64,000 bases of DNA. Origin: Sphaerodactylus townsendi (lineage: Eukaryota). The notes beneath the pieces are model-generated. The model searched no databases, was not told the DNA's origin, and saw nothing but the letters and a program-made list of their open reading frames with translations. The position numbers and the translations under genes were made by a program. Positions 23,120 to 35,400 of this stretch are shown one piece after another. The stretch spans positions 46,252,001-46,316,000 of the forward strand of contig NC_059433.1 in NCBI RefSeq assembly GCF_021028975.2. The letters are read 5' to 3'. The stretch's first letter is position 1, and each line of letters starts with the position of its first letter.

Positions 23120-24631
23120 CAGTGGTGTAACTAGGCAAACTGGAGCCCTGGGCAAACCCTGAGTTTGATGCCCCCCAGGCGCGTGCCCGGTGCAATGCGC
23201 GCGTCCCCGGTCCCCTTGTAGCTATGCCCAGTGGCGTATCTAGGCAAACTGGAGTTTGGCGCCCCCCCCCCATGGGCAGCTGGCCACCACACTGTGACCA
23301 AGCAATGATTTTTTATACCAGGTCATTTCAAAGTCACCATCACATTATAGAACATGCCCCAACTCACAAATCTGAACACAGCAATAGGCCATGCCACACA
23401 GCAGAAATAATTTTTTTGAAAACATTTTCAAAATGCTTTCAAAATGGTTTATTACTGCTATGAAAATATGTTATGGTGTGGTATTCAGTCCCCCCAGTTG
23501 GGGGAAACAGCATCACTTTCAATGTTATTTAAACTGGGAACTCCAGATTCTCCCTTTAAGGTGGTTTTAAAAGGAGAATCTGGTCTCACTAGTTTAAACA
23601 AGTGATGCTGGAATTCACCCCCAAACAGCATCAATGGGGTTTAAACTAGAGAGCCCAGATTCTCCTTTTAAATCCACCTTAAAGGGAGAATCTGGGGTTC
23701 CCAGTTTAAACAACATTGAAAGTGATGGTATTTTGGGGTTGATTCTCCCCCACCCTGAAACAGCATCACTTTCAATGTTTAAACTGGGAACCTCAGATTC
23801 TCCCTTTAAATCCATGCCAAAGGGGGGGATTTAAAAGGAAAATCTGAGGAAATTTGGGGGGTGCCTGCTGTCAGGGGTGCAATTGTTAAGCTAGCAGCAC
23901 CAAACTTTCAGGATATCTTTAGAAGACTCTCCTAATGATACCACCCAGTTTTGGTGAAGTTTGGTTCAGGGGGTCCAAAGTTATGGACCCTCAAAGGTGT
24001 AGCCCCATCTTCTATTAGCTTCCATTGGAAACAATGGGAGATGAAGGCACCCACTTTGGGAGCCCATAGCTTTGGACCCCCTGGACCAAACTTCACAAAA
24101 CCTGGATGGTATCAGTAAGAGACTCTCCTGATGATACCTCCCAGGTTTGGTGAAGTTTGGTTCTGGGGGTCCAATTTGGGGGTGCCTGCTGTCTGCTGTC
24201 AGGGGTTCAATTGTTAAGCTAGCAGCACCAAACTTTCAGGATATCTTTAGGAAACTCTCCTAATGATACCACCCAGGTTTGGTGAAGTTTGGTTCAGGGG
24301 ATCCAAAGTTATCGACCCTCAAAGGTGTAGCCCCATCTCCTATTAGCTCCCATTGGAAACAATGGGGGATGGGGCACCCCCTTTGGGAGTCCATAACTTT
24401 TGACTCCCTGAACCAAACATCACCAAACCTCGGTGATAGCATCAGGAGAGTCTCCCGAAACATCCCTGAAAGTTTGGTGCTGCTAGCTTAAAAACTGCGC
24501 CCTCTGCAGGCCAAAAACAGAAAAACACTGAAAATACAAAAATCCCACAAACGAACCTGCAGTTTTTGTGCCCCCTACAATGGGGCGCCCTGGGCAACTG
24601 CCCACTTTACCCAATGGGAGGAACGTCTCTG
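23120..24631. mobile_element. third copy of the palindromic hAT-type family (opposite orientation)
   Basis: CAGTGGTGTAACTAGG...GTCTCTG termini, TSD CTGCTCAG/CTTCTCAG; duplicated terminus at 23229; inserted in an L2-like fragment. Confidence 0.8.
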
Positions 24632-24824
24632 CTTCTCAGGGCCTTACAGCACAATCCAGATTTGGGGGTGGGGGTGCTGTGGCAGCCAGGAACAACACAG
24701 CAAAGGTGGCACCACCCCACCCCCAAAGAGGCTTCAGGTGGCACTGAAAGGAGGGAAATTTGAAAATCCTCCTGCCCCTTGAATCACCCCAAAACTGAAT
24801 CAAAAGTTCAATGTAAGTCTATGG

Positions 24825-25294
24825 CAGTGATGGCGAACCTATGGCACAGTTGCCAGAGGTGGCACTCGAAGCCCTCTCTGTGGGCATGCACACACAGAGT
24901 TCATCATGTGGGAGGCAGAAAATCACAACCCTCCCCCCACATCTAGGCTGTCCTGGGCCACTGAGCATGACATGCGCACACCACAGTGAGCAGGGAGGAC
25001 TCGGCTGGTGGGCCTGGTGCCTGTGCTCTGGGTGGCTGCTGCCCAAGGGTGGGGGGGTTTGCAGAGGAGGCAGAGATACTAGAGAGGCACAGAGCGGTGC
25101 ACGCAGGACTTGCTGGAGGTTAAAGCAGGCTGGCCCCTTGAGCGGGTGGGGCGGAGGAAGGGGGAGCCAACCGTTTTTTTCTAAACTAAAATCTCAGCAT
25201 TCAGGTTAAATTGCTGGGTTGGCACATTGCGATAAATAAGTGGGGTTTGGGTTGCAATTTGGGCACTCGGTCTCAAAAAGGTCCACCATCACTG
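24825..25294. mobile_element. non-autonomous hAT (Charlie-like) element
   Basis: TIR CAGTGATGGCGAACCT / AGGTCCACCATCACTG; perfect TSD GTCTATGG. Confidence 0.9.
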
Positions 25295-27464
25295 GTCTAT
25301 GGGCTCAGAGGGCAGCATTTCCGAATCAGAACACTGGCAGTAGCCAGTTTAAGGATGGGAGACCTTCAAGGAATACAGGATCCTGAGGTGGAGCAGGCAA
25401 TGGCAAACAACCTCTGAAAGTCCCTTGCCTTGAAAACCCAAGCAGGTGTCACTGTGAATCAGCTGCGAATAGCTGCCAAAAAAGCAACTGTGTGCTATTT
25501 TGCATGATACTGTGACAGTTGCCAGAATGTTGGCAAGCCTGTGTACTGTTCACACAAATCCATACAAAGGATTTTTTTGACCCACATAGCTAGGTTTAAC
25601 TTGAAGGCAATCAATACTTCTAAAAACTCCATTATGCACAAACATTTAGCTCTGAGTTAAATCAATTAACAGGATAAATAGTACACAAATAGCAAGCACT
25701 CAGCATGTTCACTTCATTTTGTAGCTGTCTGGCTGCTATATCTTTTCACAGCAGTAGTAATTTCAAAAATACAAAACAAACTAGACAACAATTAAACAGT
25801 TTATCTGATGGTTTACTCCAGTTTTAAGACAGTTCCTTTAATTGTGGTAGATGTGTAGCTGCTAACAAAGAACACTTCCGCATGGTGGGAAACACATGTT
25901 GATGAGGTAGTTAATAGAGGATTTCATTGTTTACTCTTAGATGGTATTGAGGCTGTTGAAAGCCAGCATTCCCATAGCTGGCTCCAACATTGTCTCATTA
26001 AAATATGTAGACCACAACAGTACGAACTTATGAGCACATGTTTTTATTTATTTAGAAAGTTTTTATGCCATTTCTTCAAGAAAGCTAGTTGGCTTACAAC
26101 ATGATAAAATCCCTGACAGGTAAAATTAGTTAGAAATTAACAAATTGCTAAGACATATTTTTAAACCAACAACAACAAAAAAGAAATGAAAGTGTAAGAA
26201 CACCATGAAACATTTAACACATTTTAAAGTGTTTCGTAAAAACAGGCCGGAGAAGACTGTAAAATAGTTTGAAATAGCAACAGGTCGTTGAAAGCCTAGA
26301 TAAAAAGGAATGTTTTATCATTCTTGGCAGTTAAATGATCCCAGGGAAACTTCAAGAGGAAGGATATTCCACTGAGGTGCCATCACTGAAAAAGCCAAGT
26401 CTCTGGTCACCACCCATCTCATCTGCAGGTGAAGGCATAGGAAGCAGAGCATGCGAGGATGAACATCATTGGCAGGCTGAGCAATATAGGAAGCAGTCCT
26501 TTAAGCATCCAGGTCTACAGCCATTAAGGAACTTAAAGCTAAGAACCATCACTTTGAGTTAAGTAAAGGGCAGCCAGTGTAGATTTATCAGCAAAGGGGT
26601 GATACTATCCCTGTTTTCTAGCCTTGGCAAGGTCAGGATTACCAGTCTCCAGCAGGGGTGGAAATTCCACCAGCCCTCTTTTTGTAAAGAAAAGAAAAGT
26701 CCATCAGGCCAATAGCATGATATCACACATCTCTAGGAATCACTTTATGTTAAAAACCATAGTTTTCAGTGATTCCTAGAGAGGTTTAACCACACAGTTT
26801 CTGTTGATTCCTAGAGAGGCATGTTGTCACCTTCTGGTTTTTGCCAGAAGTGATCTCACACTGTTGCCAATAACCAACTATGCAGAGCACTATGCAAACA
26901 CCCACATTACTATAGTCAATGAATGTACTGGAGAATTCAGCACATTAATGGATCTCCCAAAACCCATCTCATGATTTTTCTCCCTGCAAGTCAACTGGAG
27001 ACAGGAATTATGAATAGGAACATGATCCCCAGTTGAGATACCTAAATTACTTGTGGCAAGAGGGCCACTTCATGTGGATTATGTTTATATTATGAACTGG
27101 TGTGTACAATGAGGGAAGTGGATCAACATTTGTTTTTCAGCAGTGTCCACACTATCACCATAATTGAGGGAGGGGAGGAAAAAAGAAGCAAGCATATAAT
27201 GCTTCTGCTTGACTCTTGCCAGCTCTGGGCCAAACTGGGCACAACAGCATCTTGTAGTGACCACAGGGACTTTGTCAGCATTTTAAAGTCATTTAAACAT
27301 GCTGTGAGACCTACAGCACAGTGCTTTTTTCCTACCTGCTCCTTTCCTTCACCTTCTGAAGTGCTGAAACAGCTGCAGGGGATGCAGCCATTTCAGCTCT
27401 TGATAGGGGCCAGGGCAGGATGAGGGACAAGAGTGTCTCAGCCTGACACACTGCAGAACTGGGT

Positions 27465-27911
27465 TGTAGTCGACCCACGCGGTCAGCGTAAGAACGAGAC
27501 GAGACGCGGAGATAACATCTGGTGGAGATCGCCAGCAGCGGGAGACCGGAGGTCCGTGTTCCTAGCGAATCTCCCGTCTGCCGGTTCCTGGCACCTTTTA
27601 TTGTTACTCTATTGGGGGCGTGTAGGAGGGAGGACTGGGGGGAGTTCCGGGAGAGCGGGAGGTCGGGAGATCATCATGTGATGCATGATCTCATCTGGCT
27701 ACGTGCGGAGAGGAGCATACGCGTCTGAGCCTAATCCTCACCTGGGGGCAAGACCATTGTCCCTGCGCCCGGTGATTGAGCCAGACAGTTCACGACCCGT
27801 GACTCATGGGGGGATGAGGAGTGGGGGTGCGATGCGACCGGCAAGGCCGCAGGTCCGTTGGCGTCCCAACGTTCTACTACGGCACTGCTGGGTCGGCAGT
27901 GCACTACTACA
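27465..27911 (-). mobile_element. solo LTR (447 bp)
   Basis: TGTAGT...ACTACA termini, perfect 6-bp TSD CTGGGT (27459-27464, 27912-27917); CCAAT and AATAAAAG on minus strand; CpG rich. Confidence 0.85.
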
Positions 27912-29099
27912 CTGGGTCCTTATGACTTTTCAAATGACTTTAAGGTGATGGTGACATCCTTGAGGTGACCTTGAGAATGCTGTCACATGTAGTTTGTACC
28001 TCAGTCTTGTGAACATTTAATAGCCACAAGGCAACCAATTTCTCACTTGCGAGTCTGAGCTGTATGTTTGAAGCAATACTTTCATTAAACTGTGTGTAAG
28101 GAGCCAAAACTTGGGTATTTTAATGGATTATTACGGGTTTAATAATTCTATTTTACAGTCACGAATAAATTATTTATTTTTGTAGTGCTATCTTCATCTG
28201 TATTATTTTTATCTCTTGCTAATATAAATACGAAACATTTTATTATGCTTTCCAGTGGAGCTCTTTCCTGGTGTTTGTGATATTTATTTTCAAAAGTAGA
28301 ATTGCTTTGTGGTAAACACTTGTGCCATAATTGTAGGGGAAATAGTAAGTTGGGCAGCCCAATTTTGGGGGGAGAGGTTGAATAGACTCCTGGAACCAGT
28401 GCAGAGTGGCACCAGCATGTTTGCCCATCCTTCTGGTGTAAGCAGCACTAACGCTGGCGGGGAGGGCAAACTGAGAAGTGAGCAGACACCACAGACTTCA
28501 GTGGCACCTGACCCAGATGACAGCTCAGCCCCCAGATACCTGTGTTCCTTGGGGCGTTCATGGAGGTGGATCTCCACTGAGCTTTAGAGCTGGAAATACC
28601 CCCAGCGGAGCTCTTGGACTTATGCTGCCCAAAAGAGTGGCATAAGTCCATTTTGGATTATGGTGGACTTTCATGTGGCTAAGGAGTTTCTTGCATTTGC
28701 TGTCTCCCCACGACAGGATTGGGCTGTGAAGTAGGCTGGTACTTGTGCCTGTCAGTGTTCAACCTGTCACCCCCCATGCCCTGGTCAGGTCTGTAATAAA
28801 CATGAATATTCAGTTCCAAATCCTGCTTCCTGCCCAGGGGAAAACAATTATAACTCAAGACTAAAGATTTTTGGCCTTGTATATCCAGCAGAGGGGTCAA
28901 ATACTTGGTCTTTATTACAATTTACCCTGAAGTAAATAAACACAGGACTACGGTATGATCTAACTATAAGAAAGTCATTGAAGCATAAAGGCTATTTCCC
29001 TGAGTTGGAGAGAGCAGTATCAGAGAAGGAAATATAATGGTGGTAAAGGCAATTATAAATACATATATATCCGTAGCAGTGAAAGAGCAATGAACAGCC

Positions 29100-29460
29100 A
29101 CAACTCTCTTGGGGACGTCAGAACACAGACAGAGGCGCCGGAAGTGATGAGGACGTATGAGCAGGAAGTACATTTCGGGAACCAATGAACCGCTGCCCTC
29201 GACAGTCAGGGGTGGGGCGATCCGGGGAGAAGCCGGAAAAAGCTTTATTCTGGCCGGGCTTCCTTGTGCCCTTTTGATCCGTGGCTGCTTTCGCTTTTTC
29301 CGGCATTTTCCCCCTGTTTATTTGTTACATGGATCCTGCAGGAGTGGCCGCTGTTGTACCCTCCGTTGAGGCGGACCAAGGCCCTGCTTGGCCCCAGAGT
29401 AAGGTGAGCGGAGTGTGGCTTTGGGGTTTGGGGAAGACAGGATCAGAAGCGGTCTGGTTT
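29100..29460 (+). promoter_or_regulatory. RIOK3 CpG-rich promoter / exon 1
   Basis: ETS-type CCGGAAGTG (~29138) and CAGGAAGT, GACGTCA (~29114), GC box GGGGTGGGGCG (~29208), CpG rich. Confidence 0.75.
29329..29403 (+). CDS. RIOK3: RIOK3 exon 1 (coding part)
   Basis: [25 protein letters not shown]|gtgagc within CpG-rich region. Confidence 0.9.
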
Positions 29461-32400
29461 AGTTAGGGAGCAGAATCAAGTGGCAGAGCCCTACCTAAAC
29501 ACAAACTGTGTAGGACAGTTGACACAGCAGGGTTAAGAATGGCTTGAAATCTTTCTCTGTGTTTAACTTTGTTTTTGATTTCTAGTAAGGTACATAGCCC
29601 GACAATGTTTGTTTTTTTACAGGTGTGATAATTTTTACCTAATGTGTTCAGTCATTACCTTTTCATTTGCTGTTTACTCTTTGGAATAGTATTCCCTGAT
29701 GACAACATGAAAAATCAGTTTTGTCAGTATATGACTTCATTGCGTGAATTTTTCGAATGTGAAAGGATTGCTTGTGCTGTTTTGTTATCTTTTTTATCTG
29801 CGATGTGAAGAATGTGTCTCTGTCTGAGCCAGTCCAGCAGAGTGACTGTATTAATTTGTTACAGCAAAAGGACAGAATCAAGGAGTCCTTTAAAGGCTAA
29901 CAGTGCCATCCTCAGCAGAGCTGTATCTTTGGTTGGTGCTGTAAATATTCTGCTGTAACCTAAGCAGTATCTTCTTCATTAGATGCATGGAATTATGGGG
30001 AAACAAATGTATATTACTGAGAATGCCCTGGTGATGATGGGCAAATCAAACACACACAAAAGCAATAATTGTTAACAACATTAACAGAAACCAAAAACAT
30101 TTACTTTTTTCATAATTGAGTTATAATCTGAATTGTTACCACTGCCAAATACTATTTAATATTTTTGTTATTTATTAAATATACAGAGAATTACTGGTAT
30201 AATATGTAGCACTTACCATGCTTAACATGACCAGATCCTGCAAGTGATGTGTGCTTTCAGCAAAACATAACCAAATTCTCCCTCTTTGTTTTTTTGAGGA
30301 AAAGTTAAACATTAAAAAATCTGTTTGTGGTTGCAGTGTCCATGGGGAGCTCCTAAAAACACCACAGTATCATGTTCTCTTGCTGATGTAATGAGTGAAC
30401 AACTAGCTAAAGAGCTACAGTTGGAAGAAGAAAACACTGGTTTTCCAGAAGTGGTATCGTAAGTTATTATATTTATGTTCAAATGCTTGCATACAGACTT
30501 AGCAGATGAGTTACTCCTTTATTTTCCAGTAGATGCAATTCTATGCATCCTGATTTTAAAGTCCATCTGTAAATCTCTGGTGCTCCTGTATAAATATTCA
30601 TGGGAGCAGGCTGAAAGTGTGATTTCAGGCAACTGATATAGCTATAATTTATAGTCAGTATGAGGGCTGAACCAAGCTTTTCTGTGTCTGACATAGAGAT
30701 TGCAGCTGTAACATGGTCTGTCATTTCTTTGATTTGGAGAGAAGGTAACAAAAGTACCTAGAGGGCACCTGCTATGGAAGGAAGCTGGGAAGATGTTTTG
30801 TACTAGGTGAAAATAATACTGCATAGTAGAAGGTACAGGAATCATTTTGCTTCTTATAAGTTGCACAGCGTATTGTATTTCTAGGCATCTACACAACCCC
30901 CACTTACCCCACCCCACATATCCCAGAAAACATACACAGTATTACAGCTCAGGAAAAATCAATCATCAAAGGTGCAAGAAAACAACATGTGCACCTTTTT
31001 CTGAACAGTCACAAAAGACCCTGCTTTCCTACTTTGTCATTGTACTCCATAGGGAGGCACAAGATCTAGCAGGGTATGAACAGAGAACCTTGGATGGAGG
31101 AGCAGCAACAGATAGTTGAATATGGCAAGAAACGTCGCTCTAGGTTGTGAAGGACTTTAAAGATAAGAACAAGCACCTCAAATTGGACTCAGGAACAAAC
31201 TGGCCAGCAGACATAGGCATTTACACCAGACACACACACACACATACCCCAACAACAACAAATGGGCATGACAATAAGTGAGTGTATCACTTCAGAATGC
31301 TTTCTTCATTTTCTCTTACCTAGGGGAGGAAGATAAAGAAGTTACTGAAGGTATTCAATAGCCCTCTTTATATCTGTCAACTCCCTAAAGGAGGCAGGTG
31401 GCTGGAAGAGGTTCTTATCTTTAAGGGCAGAATTGAGTCTTTTCTCCCTTAATTTAGAACTGCACAGAACAAGTTGGAGTCTGATCCTCCCACTGAATTA
31501 ACAGCAGAGTTGCCAAGGGTTTCTCTGAGAGCAAAGTTTCTTTTCCGTTTGCCATCCGCTCCTAGGTTGGTGCTGGAGATACTGGCCGCATCTAACATTC
31601 CTGCACCTGCAATAACAATTTCAAGGCTAAACTGCTCTTCTTTTGAAAGGCTAACACCATTTTATTGTTGCCCATCATGTCCAGGGTTGTTGAAGGACCA
31701 TTTATTACTGGGGAGAATGTTGACACTTCCAGTGACTTGATGCTGGCGCAAATGCTTCAAATGGAATTTGACAAGGAATACGATGCACAACTTCGCCGTG
31801 AAGAGAAAAAGTTCAACGGTGACAGCAAAGGTTTGCTAGCATAACTTTGCCTGTTGTTTCAGCTTTTAGAGATGTATGACATGGGACATATATGGTAGTC
31901 ATATACCTCTTTGTATTTTTGTCTCTCAAGTGTCCATATCTTTTGAGAATTATCGGAAAATACATCCCTTTGAAGACAGTGACAGCTCTGAAGATGAGGT
32001 TGATTGGCAGGATACTCGGCACGATCCATACAGAGCAGGTAGAGTCTTAAGTAACACACTCTAAAACCTGTTACTTCTAGACTAGTTATTTCAACCTGTA
32101 AGATTATGAAATTAGGAACTGAGATCAGTGGTATCTCCATGATCACTTCACAAAAAGGCTGTGAAGTCATTACCATGCTCTCATCTTTTTACTATGATAT
32201 TGTATCAAAAAGGCCCACCATTGTGCTATGTGTAAGAACATAAATGATAAGTTCCTGCCCAAAAGAACTTAAAGTTTGAATGTAGACCTGGGGATGGGGG
32301 GAGGGTGAAGGAAAGGCAACAAACATGAATGTGGAGTTTTTGGGATTTGTTTCTGTGGGAGATTAATTGTACAAAGCCAAGCCAAAGACCTTGCAGAAGA

Positions 32401-35400
32401 TGTGGTTTTGAGCTTTGCCTTTGAGGAAGAGAGCACACACATACTGGAAGTGAGATAGGAAGGAAGGGCAGCCGTCAGTCTGTGTGACTTTTGATGTGCA
32501 TGTCAGTTTAAGTATTCCATAGTTATTTTTAAATACGAAGTGGTTGTGTACTTGGATTTGTGTAATATTACTTTGCCAAGTAAAATCCCTTGTGTTGGAT
32601 GGAGCTTTGTTTACTATTAATTTAGAAAATATGTATGCTGCCTTGCCAAAGGCATGCTTAAGGCTGTTTGAAAACAACAGTAAAATAATAAAGACAATAA
32701 CATGGAGATTATCAAAATTAAATTAAGGCTTATATAAACAGAGTAGGGCATAAAAATAGACTTTTGTCAGACATCACTTTAGTTTTTATGAGCCTGAAAA
32801 TCGGGTGAATACTTAATTAATAGCATCAATCTAATTACTATTCCGGAAAGCTTTCTAGGATTTGGTTAAACAAATGTTATTTTAAGGTCATCTGATTACT
32901 AGCCTTAGAGATTTCCCCCCACCTGTGCCCCCCCCATCTCACAACTAAAGAGAACAAAACAGTGTATCTGCTATAGTTGTTGAATAAGGACATGTGTTCA
33001 AATTATTTTAGATAAACCCACTACTACTCCAAAAAAAGGCTTTATAGGAAAAGGAAAAGATATTACTACCAAACATGATGAAGTTGTATGTGGAAGAAAG
33101 AATACTGCTCGGATGGAAAATGTAAGTTCCGTACCAAGCTAATAAAGACCAATCCATGATTGCCTAAGCTCTAGGATTACTTAAAGTGACACTGACCCCT
33201 GTTATGCTCTGTGTTGTGGTTTTCCACACTTACCCAATAACCAGTCAAATGTTTCTCTTTAAAATTCTTCTGTGCACTTGTTTTAAAACTACTATGTTGG
33301 CTCTTAGGAAGTGGAGCAGAAAGGAAGAGAACTATGTGAACCACTTCATCTTCCAGCATAGCTCACTATCTCATAGTATAGCTGATCTCAGGATTTCATC
33401 CAGAATTTACTACAGTTTCACAATTGAGTATTCCCCCCCCCCTTCCAATACTACTATTATCAGTAAGAAAAACTACCTGACTTTGTAGAAATCATGTTGG
33501 ACTTTGACAAACTTGGAAAATCTGGGTTCAGATTTACAAATATCACAGTAGTAGTCATGAGGCAAGTCATAATCCATTCCTTTTGGGATTGGTGTCTGCT
33601 GTCTGGGGTCCTTATCGGAAGTACAGGATAGAAATATAATAAATTATACTAGTAAGCATATTAGTTCTAGTGTAGGGTCTCCCCTCTCAGCAAGTTGTTC
33701 AGACAAATAATTCAGATTTTGTTGAAAATAGAACCTCATTGTTTGAATTTCAACTGTCTTTTCAGTTTGCGCCTGAATTTCAGGTTGGTGATGGAATTGG
33801 TATGGATCTAAAACTGTCCAATCACGTCTTCAATGCCTTAAAACAGCATGCATACTCTGAGGAACGTCGTAGTGCCAGGCTTCATGAGAAGAAGGAGCAT
33901 TCTACTGCTGTACGTCTTAGTTACTGCTTTGCCCTGAAACAAAATGGGAAAATTGCATTATTTACAAGGCCATAAGACTTGGCATGAATTCATACTGCGC
34001 TGATACTTTGAAATCACTGCTTAAGCTGCCCTGTGACATATTCATATAGAACATTTTTAATGAACTAGTAAACTTGTTTTTGTTATTAACACAATACGTC
34101 TTATTAACACAATACATTGTTGTTAAAAATGAATGGAATTATGTTACAGAAAATGGTGAAGTATTCAGGGGTTTACTGCCTTCCACCTATTTTTAGATTA
34201 CCTTTGTGCAGGGAATGTGTTAAACTTTCTGAATAAACTGGGTGCAACAGTAGATCCTGTTCAGCAATTTATGCAAGAAAGTTGGAAATAACAGCATGCA
34301 GTTTCACTCTGAAAGTGTATGTGGGAAGTAATCAGTAGAGAAAATCCAGCAAGGGATTATCTTAAAGCTTCTGTTTGAACTTCCCTTAATTTTGCATTTT
34401 TGAGTTTAATCAAAAATGTTGTCAGTTGAAATAAATCAGGAGACGAAATGAAATATCCAGATATTCAGTAATATTGTATATGTGTGATAATAATAACATA
34501 ATTTTCTCCCTTGTGCAGGAGAAAGCAGTAGATCCTAAAACACGCTTACTTTTGTACAAGATGGTCAATTCTGGGATGCTGGAGACTATCACTGGCTGTA
34601 TAAGTACTGGAAAAGAGTCTGTTGTGTTTCATGCCAATGGAGGAAGGTATGATCTTTTTCATACGGTTGTGATGTTTAAGTGGTGTGTGAGCTGGGAGCG
34701 AATGTAGAGTGGCAGGGCATGTGGAGTACATTGGTTGCTATTTCCCATTTTACTGTTTTCAAAACAGAAGAATCCACAATTTCCGTGGCTCCCACTCCAA
34801 ATATGTTATAGATGTATAAGTCTGAGTGGTGTATTGGTCAGAGACTAGGACTGGGGAGACCTATGTTCAAATCTCATTCAGCCATGAAGCTTACTGGGTG
34901 ACTGTATGCCAGTTGCTTTTCTTATTCTGTGTTACTTTTGGGGGAAATAAGGGAGAACCTTATATGCCTCCCTGACCTTGGAGCAAGGGCAGCATAACAG
35001 ATGGTATGCACAGATAGAAATCAAATAAAACCTTGTCGAGTATACTCTTTCCATCTAAAGATTTGCTGAATTCAAAATATTACGATTCAGAAACTATCAT
35101 TCCAAAAGATTACAATTCAGAAACTATCATTCATTTGGAGGCAGTAACTGCATATGAATTAACTTCTCATCTGTGTTTGTATTTTACTGATTGGTGTAAA
35201 CTCATTGTCTGCTCACATCTAAAATGTTTTATTTTTCCAAAAGCTTGGGTGACGATACCACACCTGTACCTTCAGAATGTGCCATAAAAGTGTTTAAGAC
35301 TACCCTGAATGAATTTAAGAACCGTGATAAGTATATCAAGGATGACTATCGGTTCAAAGACCGTTTCAGCAAACTGAATCCACGAAAGATCATCCGCATG

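Noticed and set aside
27465-27911. Possible CpG-island promoter or small gene (ORFs 27433, 27522, 27685)
   Set aside because: Bounded by TG..CA termini and a 6-bp TSD; explained as a solo LTR and the ORFs lack homology
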